This document shows, one piece after another, positions 57,601 through 64,000 of a DNA stretch of 64,000 nt. A program made the translations under genes and the position numbers. The notes below the pieces were generated by a model. That model saw only the letters and a list, made by a program, of their open reading frames with translations, made no database searches and was not told where the DNA came from. How positions within the stretch are numbered: position 1 is the first letter of the stretch; every line of letters begins with the position of its first letter. Origin of the DNA: Armatimonadia bacterium (GTDB lineage Bacteria; Armatimonadota; Zipacnadia; UBA1398); contig WJIW01000254.1 in the NCBI GenBank assembly GCA_014730065.1, positions 553 to 64,552 on the forward strand, written 5' to 3'.

Positions 57601-58195
57601 CTTCGATGGGGTCGCCCACCTGGGCCCACATGGCCTGGCGCGGATCGCCCAGGGCGTAGAGGTCCAGTGGTGTGGCGGCGGTGATCCCCACGGTGACGCC
57701 CCCGACCTCGGTGATGAGGTACCGCTCCACGCCCGCCTCACGGGCGGGCTCCTGGCCCATGTTCGCCGAGAGGAAGGGCGCGCCACCCAGCTCGGCGGCT
57801 CGGGCCAGGAACTCGGGCCCCCACTGTAGCTCCTCATCGCCCACGGCGTAGGCGGCGTAGCCCATGTCCGCACAGGCCCGGAGGTGGACCTCGGTGCGTG
57901 CCTGGTCGACTACGGGTCCCTCGGTGTACTCGTCGTACGCCGACCCGCCGAACTGACCCCCCGCATCCAGGAGCAGTGTGGGCGTGAGTCCGCCCCGGCG
58001 CACCTGCTCGATCATGTGGGCCCGGCGGGCGATGCCCCCGTCCTTGCTCACGACGCAGTCGCAGGGGGTGACCATGGCGTGGGTCTCGCCGGTGTACGCG
58101 ATAGTGATGTCTTTGACGTCGGCGCCGACGGGCAGAGCTGGCAGCAAGGCGAAGAGGCAGAGCGCCCGGGCGACCCGGGCGCCGGGAATGGTCAT
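54626..58195 (-). CDS. Periplasmic multidomain fusion: 2x degenerate 5'-nucleotidase/metallophosphoesterase-like domains + DsbA-like thioredoxin (CGYC) + C-terminal tetraheme c-type cytochrome (4x CxxCH)
   Basis: Track ORF 54626..58315 trimmed to MTIPGARVARALCLFALLPALPVGADV (signal; ATG 58195). Domain 1 (DITIAYTGETHAMVTPCDCVV…LLLDAGGQFGGS…VVLSHLGSDRTRLLAESVPDVDIFLNAH) and domain 3 (LTIVYTGSTNGQLEACRCPGNPYGG…VVVLYHGYVEDARALAEAVEDVDVIVCGHEG) follow the 5'-NT layout, but the D-x-H / GNHE metal ligands are replaced by Cys-containing motifs. Middle region has WGCGYC … IPGTPT (DsbA-like). Last ~110 aa: CGACH, CWDCH, CVACH, CLTCH. Confidence 0.6.
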   Translation of the reverse strand: MTIPGARVARALCLFALLPALPVGADVKDITIAYTGETHAMVTPCDCVVSKDGGIARRAHMIEQVRRGGLTPTLLLDAGGQFGGSAYDEYTEGPVVDQARTEVHLRACADMGYAAYAVGDEELQWGPEFLARAAELGGAPFLSANMGQEPAREAGVERYLITEVGGVTVGITAATPLDLYALGDPRQAMWAQVGDPIEGVHSVVDEIRGQVDLMVVLSHLGSDRTRLLAESVPDVDIFLNAHYRRPGGLVDKVGEAIIGEFSLEGRALSRLDLRVDEAEIAEYRLREIPLDPSVPDDPGQAERVAQWLERKDTLEGPRLVLDSYTAWGCGYCLELEPQLREALGLFGEDRVQVRRWHVVHYDNETGQFVSTFGPEAVAEARREIAIQVLYGREAVTRYAALRAVQPGAEATAVMEAQGIDPEVVGEHATSEQVTRMLLAHANRARRFMIPGTPTLYLNNIEYEDDNFAPALLRTFCWTLPDQLRGERCAGVPECTDHGDCLEPGQIGYCRDAGTGDARCEYEDPTPLELIVVGSEEAALTSHRPLVSDLAALMPGLEPREVAYDSEEGRRLSEMAEVGWLPAFFLPADQLEQRPNLEQISQALTRTGEYYMVLPEHTSSGLMVGREREPGRIDLYYRCQYPPALEAVTTVLSLLERAGDRAAYEVELHPALSLSESGDLAAQGGVAEIEEAARQAVVWRDHPDAMAAYLEARLAAGNSSYWDAPLERAGLDPQAIRAEATAPGGILDALYRDAQSQAQMGVYGDCLLLYENREVADIAGADTALTIADRIGLAPTSLTIVYTGSTNGQLEACRCPGNPYGGLTRQAGAIAELRDMYPASIVVDSGDVLGATQDWTKFEYIQKAFEVMDYDAIAIGDQDLTYGADVLSALMQGSPMPYVSANAAVDGVEPSAQIIDRRGVSVGVVSVTSPRAFAFGDGEAPEGVALADPLERVRAEVASVAPSTSLVVVLYHGYVEDARALAEAVEDVDVIVCGHEGRSLQVPERADDTWIVSAGQNGEWVGRLTLRLDEDLRPVSAEPQLIPMDDQILESPQVSALIADYQDEVQAEQRERILAAGVDESAQPQACGACHAEQLEQWQATPHASAAQTLRDLDREFDPDCWDCHSAAPLEPEAARLPDVSCVACHRVGPATAQGHEILEPLTAATCLTCHTEGKSPHFDEERYWPKVVH

Positions 58196-58226
58196 CGTGT
58201 GGGTCCTTCGCTCCCCCGATGCGGGG

Positions 58227-59564
58227 TTATTGGGGATCCGCGCAGCAGCGGAATCCGACGTAGTCTCCCTTAAGGACGGGGTGCTTCGGTCCTCCCGTGC
58301 TACAGTCGAATCCATCGAGCCGCTGGTCGCGGAAGGACGCGCCGCGGATGTCCACGGTGGTGTCCTCGGAGCCCCAGCCGCTCCCGATGTACTCGCTTAC
58401 ATTACCGATCATGTCATAGAGCCCGTACCCGCTGACGCAGTAAGGGCGGGACCCGATGCGCTCGGGGTGGGCGTCCTCCCCCATCATGACGCCGATGTTG
58501 CAGGCGCCCCGCACGGGACGGTCGCCGTACGGGAAGCGGTGCCCGTCGGGCCCTTCGCAGCCGGCCTCCCACTCGTCGGGCTCACAGAGGCGCTTCCCCT
58601 TGCCCCCGCACCAGCCCGCGGCGCCGAACTGGTTGATGTCGGTTACGGGCTTGGCACCCACGATGTTGGGCGCCTCGTAGATGTCGATGCATACCCGGTC
58701 CTCGACCAGGCGCATGCCCGCGGGACACTTGGGCTCCGGGGGCACGCTCTTCATGAAAAGAGTGTCATCGGCCTGGCCACCCATTAGGGTAGGGGTCTGG
58801 GCGCCGCCCTCGGCCCCCTGGAAGGCCTGCTGAGCCGTCGCCGTGGTGAAGGCCACCAGCTCCTTGATGGAGACGTTCGAGTCGGCGGGCTCAGTGTCGG
58901 CCATGCCCGTGATGGCGTTGGTCAGGCAGAACCCCAGCAGGGGACGCTCCAGGGACTCGTCGTTGAGCTCCTGGCCCGGCGAGACGGCCGAAAGCAGGAG
59001 GCAGCTCGCGGCCAGAGGCTCGAGGACGTTCCCGGGGATGGCCAAATCCTCGGGAGTGCCCTCGGGCTTGAAGGCGCTCCAGGGCGAAGTGTCGAGGATC
59101 AGCAGCTTCTTGCCGGCGGGAATGGCCGCCATGTACTCGGCGAGCTGCTCCACCGTCAGCGCCGTACTGGGCAGGTCATCCAGGTCGGCGTTGTAGGGGC
59201 AGACGTAGATGGTGGGAGCGCCCTCTTCGCTCGCCTGGGCGACCATGGTCAGGCAGAGGTAGACGAAGACCTCGTCGGTCTCGGCAGCGGTCTGACAGAA
59301 CTCCAGGGCGCCTACCAGGTTCGCCCGGCTCGCCTGCCCGCCCGAGAGGGCGCCCACATGCTCCATGGGCACGGCGCCGATGTCGGGGTTGGCGAACCGC
59401 TCGGCGGCGATGAAGGCATAGGTCTCCCCCTCGACGCGGCCGGGGATGTCGAAGTCCTCGTACTCGTTCACGCCCGCACATACGGCGAAGCGCTGGGCTT
59501 CCTGGGCCCACACCCCCGTCGCAAGCAACCCGAGTAAGATGGACCCTAGCCACACACGTTTCAT
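58227..59564 (-). CDS. Secreted caspase-like (catalytic-dyad-substituted) domain + formylglycine-generating-enzyme (FGE/SUMF1) domain protein
   Basis: 445 aa, signal MKRVWLGSILLGLLATGVWAQ. N-terminal FAVCAGVNEYEDF…LLILDTSPWS resembles the peptidase C14 fold, but the His (YLCLTM) and Cys (ILDTSP) positions are substituted. C-terminal FGE-sulfatase domain (…YGLYDMIGNVSEYIGSGW…RGASF…CCADPQ). Confidence 0.6.
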   Translation of the reverse strand: MKRVWLGSILLGLLATGVWAQEAQRFAVCAGVNEYEDFDIPGRVEGETYAFIAAERFANPDIGAVPMEHVGALSGGQASRANLVGALEFCQTAAETDEVFVYLCLTMVAQASEEGAPTIYVCPYNADLDDLPSTALTVEQLAEYMAAIPAGKKLLILDTSPWSAFKPEGTPEDLAIPGNVLEPLAASCLLLSAVSPGQELNDESLERPLLGFCLTNAITGMADTEPADSNVSIKELVAFTTATAQQAFQGAEGGAQTPTLMGGQADDTLFMKSVPPEPKCPAGMRLVEDRVCIDIYEAPNIVGAKPVTDINQFGAAGWCGGKGKRLCEPDEWEAGCEGPDGHRFPYGDRPVRGACNIGVMMGEDAHPERIGSRPYCVSGYGLYDMIGNVSEYIGSGWGSEDTTVDIRGASFRDQRLDGFDCSTGGPKHPVLKGDYVGFRCCADPQ

Positions 59565-59618
59565 CTGCCGTCACCTTCCCGTTGGCGGCGGCCTGAAGAT
59601 GGCGCGCCACTCGGTCGT

Positions 59619-60650
59619 ATGGATACACTAGAGACAGGGGCGATTCGTTTGGCACGAGCAGGCCGGTCCAAGCCGTGGGTGCGCATCGGCTCTCTCGTCG
59701 GGCTGCTCATCGTCGCTCCCTTCCTGCTCTACGCCGCGGTGCGTCTGTACGGCGCCTACATGGATCAGAAGGCCGCCGGAAACCGTGAGATCTGCCTCGA
59801 CAACCTAAGGGTCATCGGAACCTTGCTCCGATCGTACGCCCTGGATCACGATGACCGCCTGCCTCCCGCCGACCGCTGGGAGGACGTACTCCTTGAAGAC
59901 ACGGGAGACCCCCGAGTGTTCCAGTGCCCCTCGGCTCCCAAGGGCACCCGGTCCGGCTATGCCTACTTCGCCGACCTCTCGAGCGGCTCCCTCGCCAACC
60001 TGATCTCCCCCGCCGACGTGCCCATGGTGTACGACTCACCCAAGGGCACGTGGAACGCACGGGACAGCTACCCGGAGCTGCCCAGCCCGCCTCGCCACGG
60101 CGGACGCAATCATGCCCTCATGGCCGACGGCTCGGTGCAGCGCCTCGCACCTTTCGACGTCTGGGTCGGCGCCCGGTTCCAGGATGACGGCGAGGGCGGG
60201 CCGGGCGAAGTGAAGACACTGCCGGGCCATACGGGCCCCAGCGTGCTGTTCCAAGCCCAGACGCCCATCGCCTTCCGGACCGAGCACGGCATCGAGTGGA
60301 CGGCTCGGGAGCTGCCGGACGGGTACCTGTTCGTGGGCCCCGCGGAGTCGGAGATCCTGACCCGGATTCGCTGGCCGGGCGAGGGAGAGGGGCTCCCTCC
60401 CCTACCGCCGACGGCTACTATCGAGGACCGGTACCCGATCGCCATGGCTCCCGACCCGGGCCAGTACTCGGTCATAGGTGAGGCGATGGAGTATGTGGAT
60501 GGCGACGTCCGGGTGCTTCGGATCGAGCTGCCCATGGATCCGGCCATGGTGGCCACGGTGCGGGTGCCCACGGCCGCTGGGGAGGAGCAGCTCGGCGAGG
60601 CCTGCCTTCCCCTCACGGCTCTCAGGCGGGTCGAGACATCGGGCCCATAG
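59619..60650 (+). CDS. DUF1559-like H-X9-DG protein with N-terminal TM anchor instead of prepilin motif
   Basis: 343 aa. TM segment WVRIGSLVGLLIVAPFLLYAAV; then the region conserved with the DUF1559 genes at 37480-39417 (NREICLDNLRVIGTLLRSYALDHDDRLPP vs AKQTSCLSNQRQIATALLSYAQDYDERLP) and H-X9-DG motif HGGRNHALMADGS. Confidence 0.6.
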   Translation: MDTLETGAIRLARAGRSKPWVRIGSLVGLLIVAPFLLYAAVRLYGAYMDQKAAGNREICLDNLRVIGTLLRSYALDHDDRLPPADRWEDVLLEDTGDPRVFQCPSAPKGTRSGYAYFADLSSGSLANLISPADVPMVYDSPKGTWNARDSYPELPSPPRHGGRNHALMADGSVQRLAPFDVWVGARFQDDGEGGPGEVKTLPGHTGPSVLFQAQTPIAFRTEHGIEWTARELPDGYLFVGPAESEILTRIRWPGEGEGLPPLPPTATIEDRYPIAMAPDPGQYSVIGEAMEYVDGDVRVLRIELPMDPAMVATVRVPTAAGEEQLGEACLPLTALRRVETSGP

Positions 60651-60696
60651 CCGCTATAATGCCCCCGAGTCCCGCTCCATCACGAGGAGGCGCTTC

Positions 60697-61395
60697 ATGC
60701 ATCGCTGGCCGATCGGACTGCTTCTCGCCCTCATCGCCATTCCCGCGGCTCTGGCCCAGAGCGGGCCCTTGCCCGACGTTCCCCGCGACCATCCCGCGGC
60801 ATGGGCCGTGGCCACCTTGTGGCGGGCCGATGTCGTCCGCGGCGGTCCCGACGGCCTGTTCCACGGGGACGAGCCCATCACCGAGCTGGAAGCCATCGTT
60901 CTGGCCGCCAGGTTGAGTGCCGCGGTCAACAACGAGTACCTCATCCGGGATGACTGGACCGTGGATCAGTACCTGGCGCGGTACTGGGAGTCGGACTACC
61001 CCGCTCGCGGGGGCGTGCCCCTGCCCGCGGGGCATTGGGCCGCTATGGAGTGGAACTACCTGGCGTGGGTGACCCCGCGTGAGCTGGAGCTGCTCGATGG
61101 CTGGCCGCGGCCGCTACCCACCCGGTACCAGGCGGCCCTGTCCGCGGCCCGGGTCCTTCTGGCCACCCGGCGCGCCGTGCGTGAGGGCATCGCCGACACC
61201 TATGCCGAGACGATGCTCCCCGATACAGCGATCAACGACACCCTCCCGCTGGACCAAGTGCCATGGGAGGAGCATATGTCCGAGCACGGCGAGCCGCCCA
61301 TGCCGGTCGAGGGAGCCGGGGGCGCCCAAGCCGGTCCGATGCAGCCCCCGCCGCCCCCGGCCGAGATGATGTCCGGGCCCGGCGGGGATGGCTAG
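60697..61395 (+). CDS. Secreted S-layer-homology (SLH) domain protein with Pro/Met-rich C-terminus
   Basis: Track ORF 60478..61395 trimmed to MHRWPIGLLLALIAIPAALAQ (GAGGAGG RBS 7 nt upstream). SLH-type motif PDVPRDHPAAWAVATLWRADVVRGGPDGLFHGDEPITELEAIVLAARL. Confidence 0.55.
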   Translation: MHRWPIGLLLALIAIPAALAQSGPLPDVPRDHPAAWAVATLWRADVVRGGPDGLFHGDEPITELEAIVLAARLSAAVNNEYLIRDDWTVDQYLARYWESDYPARGGVPLPAGHWAAMEWNYLAWVTPRELELLDGWPRPLPTRYQAALSAARVLLATRRAVREGIADTYAETMLPDTAINDTLPLDQVPWEEHMSEHGEPPMPVEGAGGAQAGPMQPPPPPAEMMSGPGGDG

Positions 61396-61409
61396 GCCGG
61401 CGAGAGCAT

Positions 61410-61703
61410 TCAGTGGCTGGCATCCTCGCACTCGCAGGGGGAGGCGCCGCACCGGGGACAGCCTCCGGCGTACCGCTGGGCCGCCTCCTCCAGGCTGACG
61501 CCCGCCATGTTCGCGAGACTGGCCAGCCACGCCAGACAGTCGCTGAACTCGTGGGCTAGCTCCTCGGGCTTGCCGTGGCGCAGCGCTCCGGCAAGCTCAC
61601 CGACCTCCTCCACAAGCCACGCGTAGCTCTCGAACAGGCCGCGCCTGCTATCCTTGTCCAGGTAAGTCTCACCGATGCTGTCCTGAAACTCGCGAAGGGT
61701 CAC
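61410..61703 (-). CDS. MazG-like nucleotide pyrophosphohydrolase domain protein with C-terminal Cys cluster
   Basis: 97 aa, GTG start after GGAGGT. MazG core LREFQDSIGETY…LVEEVGELAGAL…EELAHEFSDCLAWLASLANMAGVSLEEA; tail GGCPRCGASPCECEDASH. Confidence 0.6.
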   Translation of the reverse strand: MTLREFQDSIGETYLDKDSRRGLFESYAWLVEEVGELAGALRHGKPEELAHEFSDCLAWLASLANMAGVSLEEAAQRYAGGCPRCGASPCECEDASH

Positions 61704-61728
61704 GGCCTACCTCCAAGCGCGCGAGCTG

Positions 61729-62493
61729 CTACTTGTTCCCCTTGGCCAGGCCTTCGCCGACCAGGTACCGGTAGCTGTCGGCCACGGCGGTCATCATGTC
61801 GTCCGCGCAGTGGTCCAGCTCCACGATCAGCCACTGACATGCGTCGGGATCGATGGCGCCGATGATGGCGGGCATGTCCATCTTGCCCTTGCCCACGGCG
61901 GTATGGGGATCGGGCCCATCGTCGCCGGTAAGGGGGCCATCCTTGACGTGCAGGAGTGGGATCCGCGAGCCGTACTGCTTGATGGTCTCAACGGGATCGA
62001 CCCCACCGTACCGGCACCAGTACACGTCAAGCTCGGAGTGGAGATCGGGCGCCTCATCCATGAGGATCTGGTAGGGCGTCTTGCCGTCGAACTGTCGGTC
62101 GAACTCCCACCAGTGGTTGTGGAAGGCCACCTTGATGCCGTGGGGCTTCATCAGCTCGGCCGCTTTCTGGAAGGCCGCGGCGCATTCCCTGACCGAGTCC
62201 AGGCTCTCCATCTTGTCGGCCCCGAACCCCGTCACCATAACGTCGTTCCCGAGGAGCCGGCACTGAGCCACGGCATCGTCGACCGTCTCCTCGGTGGGCA
62301 TGCCCATATGGCTGCTGCACACCTTCACGCCCGCCTCGTCGAACAGGGCCTTGGCCTCCTGTGGCGACAGGCCCTGGAGGCCTGCGGGCTCGACGCCCAC
62401 ATAGCCGATCTCTCCTACCTGCTTGACGGTGCCTGCGAAGTCGTCCTTGGCGAGCTCGCGAACGGTGTAGAGCTGTAGGGCGATGGGTTTCAT
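61729..62493 (-). CDS. Sugar phosphate isomerase/epimerase (xylose-isomerase-like TIM barrel)
   Basis: Track ORF 61729..62832 trimmed to MKPIALQLYTVRELAKDDFAGTVKQVGEIGYVGVE… (254 aa; AGGTGG RBS). AP_endonuc_2 / xylose-isomerase-like TIM-barrel layout with conserved His/Asp/Glu positions. Confidence 0.75.
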   Translation of the reverse strand: MKPIALQLYTVRELAKDDFAGTVKQVGEIGYVGVEPAGLQGLSPQEAKALFDEAGVKVCSSHMGMPTEETVDDAVAQCRLLGNDVMVTGFGADKMESLDSVRECAAAFQKAAELMKPHGIKVAFHNHWWEFDRQFDGKTPYQILMDEAPDLHSELDVYWCRYGGVDPVETIKQYGSRIPLLHVKDGPLTGDDGPDPHTAVGKGKMDMPAIIGAIDPDACQWLIVELDHCADDMMTAVADSYRYLVGEGLAKGNK

Positions 62494-62679
62494 CTCGCGC
62501 CACCTGCCGTTTCCGGGGGTTGGGATCGTGGGGCGGAGGTTCGCATGGGAATGGCCGCGGCCCTGCCCGGCGTCGAAGTCGCTCCCACCGGCCCGGGTGG
62601 GGGCCCCGCCTCGCACGAGGGGGAGGCCCTCCCGCGCTCCGGCCCGAACCTGGCTCCTCGCGGCGGGAGGAGAGCATTC

Positions 62680-63462
62680 ATGAGTGAAGCCAAGACCGAC
62701 ATCTACATCGGGAGCATTCTCCTGGAGCGTAATCGCTGGAAGCCCGGCAAGATCCCCTCGTACCGAGTCAGCGAGTGGATCCCACGGTTCCAGGCCGCGG
62801 GGTTCGATGGCATCGAGCTGTGGGAGCACCACGCGACCCTTGCACCCGCCGATGAGCTAGCGGCACTGGTCGCCTCGCCTCTGCCCATCGCGATCTTCAA
62901 CGAGTACTCTTCCTTCGACCAGCCCGTGGACGAGAACCGCTGCCTATCGGCCCTGATGACGCACCATCTCGGCGCGGGGGGCGTGAAGTACAACCTGGGC
63001 AATGAGCCCGCTCTGCGGGACACCTACATGGCCGCCCTGCGAGACTGGGCGGCTCGGTTGCCGGAGGGCTGCCGTATCCTCTGTGAGTGCCATCCCGGCA
63101 ACGTGATGGACGATCCCCGTTTCGTGGCCGACTTCCTCGGGGAGCTAGGTGGGCCCGGCTTCCAGGCCATGTGCCATCCCTTCAGCGTGCCCCTGAAGGA
63201 GCTGGAGGAGTGGCTGGACGTCACCGGTGACCGCACCACCCACGCCCATGTGCAGCTCCGGGACGCTCAGAACGCGATGCATCACCTGGAGTACGATACC
63301 GCCTATGCCCGCGACGTGCTGGCCCTGCTGCGGTCCAAGGGCTTCTCGGGGACCTTCACCGTGGAGTTCACCGAGACCACCGGCGCGGCCGAGGAGGACA
63401 TGAGTGTCCTCTGGGAGTACGCCGTCCGGGACCTGGCTTTCCTTAGGGAGAACTGGCAATGA
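62680..63462 (+). CDS. Sugar phosphate isomerase/epimerase (xylose-isomerase-like TIM barrel), second copy
   Basis: Track ORF 62545..63462 trimmed to MSEAKTDIYIGSILLERNRWKPG… (260 aa; GGGAGGAGAG upstream). Divergent from the other isomerase gene (~186-bp shared intergenic region). Confidence 0.7.
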   Translation: MSEAKTDIYIGSILLERNRWKPGKIPSYRVSEWIPRFQAAGFDGIELWEHHATLAPADELAALVASPLPIAIFNEYSSFDQPVDENRCLSALMTHHLGAGGVKYNLGNEPALRDTYMAALRDWAARLPEGCRILCECHPGNVMDDPRFVADFLGELGGPGFQAMCHPFSVPLKELEEWLDVTGDRTTHAHVQLRDAQNAMHHLEYDTAYARDVLALLRSKGFSGTFTVEFTETTGAAEEDMSVLWEYAVRDLAFLRENWQ

Positions 63463-64000
63463 GGATGCGCCACATCGCGGCCGGCGAGCCGGTGCCCCGG
63501 CTGTGGTCGCCCCTGTTCATGGATGCGCTGCGGGAGCTGGGCGAGCTGGACATCGTGCGCGATGGGGCCAAGCTCGAGGACGCCCGCCGGCTCGCCCTGA
63601 TGGCCGAGCCCGACGTGCTTCTGACCGGCTGGGGCGCCTCGCCGGTGCCCATCGCCCTCGCCCAGGCGCCGGGCAATGTGAAGTACGTCTGCCATGTGAC
63701 GGGGTCCGTGCGCGGCACAATCCCCCTGGAGATCATCGAGGCGGGCATCCCCGTGAGCAACTGGGGCACCGCGCCCGCCCACATGGTCTCCGAGGGGGCC
63801 ATGGCGCTGCTGCTAGCCAGCCTGAAGGACATCCACGCCCGCGTCATGTCCACCCGGCGGGGCGAGTGGGGCCTGGACATGCACACCCATGGTGGCACCC
63901 TCCGGGGCCTGAAGGTGGGCATCTATGGATGTGGGGCCATCGGCCGGACCTTCGTGGAGATGCTGCGGCCCTTCGGTGCCGTCATCACCGTGCATGACCC
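63459..64000 (+). CDS. D-isomer-specific 2-hydroxyacid dehydrogenase family protein (N-terminal part; continues beyond window)
   Basis: Not in track (no stop in window). ATG at 63459 overlaps the TGA of the upstream isomerase (ATGA). Manual translation MRMRHIAAGEPVPRLWSPLF…LKVGIYGCGAIGRTFVEMLRPFGAVITVHD shows the NAD-binding GxGxxGR motif of the 2-Hacid_dh_C family. Confidence 0.7.
   Translation, partial: MRMRHIAAGEPVPRLWSPLFMDALRELGELDIVRDGAKLEDARRLALMAEPDVLLTGWGASPVPIALAQAPGNVKYVCHVTGSVRGTIPLEIIEAGIPVSNWGTAPAHMVSEGAMALLLASLKDIHARVMSTRRGEWGLDMHTHGGTLRGLKVGIYGCGAIGRTFVEMLRPFGAVITVHD

Overview
High-GC (~68-70%) bacterial chromosomal window, densely coding with short intergenic gaps. No rRNA, tRNA, CRISPR array, integrase or transposase was recognised. 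Two prepilin-type DUF1559 / H-X9-DG proteins (with a third, TM-anchored homolog), an LVIVD-repeat lipoprotein, a DUF1080 + Gfo/Idh/MocA pair, a Cys-type sulfatase and an SLH protein together suggest a Planctomycetota/PVC-like organism; this is inference only. Main content: a complete 11-gene NADH:quinone oxidoreductase operon nuoABCDHIJKLMN with no nuoEFG in the window (6910-17649, minus strand); anmK; mtlD; tcdA; tatD; and assorted enzymes (sulfatase, aminotransferase, M24 peptidase, methyltransferase, FAD oxidoreductase, glutamate-synthase-like FMN protein, sugar-phosphate isomerases). Regulators present: PAS hybrid histidine kinase, GAF histidine kinase, LytTR response regulator, LacI, a small wHTH protein. 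Most unusual candidates: (1) a minus-strand operon (59564->53099) encoding a pseudo-caspase/FGE-domain protein, a 1189-aa periplasmic fusion of two Cys-substituted 5'-nucleotidase-like domains with a DsbA-like CxxC domain and a C-terminal tetraheme (4x CxxCH) cytochrome, and an ADP-ribosylglycohydrolase; (2) tandem duplicated modules of a prepilin-type DUF1559 gene plus a tiny Gly-rich lipoprotein gene, followed by a PrsW protease and a wHTH regulator; (3) a secreted protein built of (MMGPGGG)n methionine-rich repeats next to a GAF sensor kinase; (4) an AAA+ ATPase, lipoprotein and outer-membrane barrel trio preceded by a low-GC leader carrying 10-bp direct repeats. Coordinates taken from the ORF track are exact. 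Internal starts were derived by residue counting from the track proteins. Motif coordinates outside ORFs may be off by 1-2 nt.
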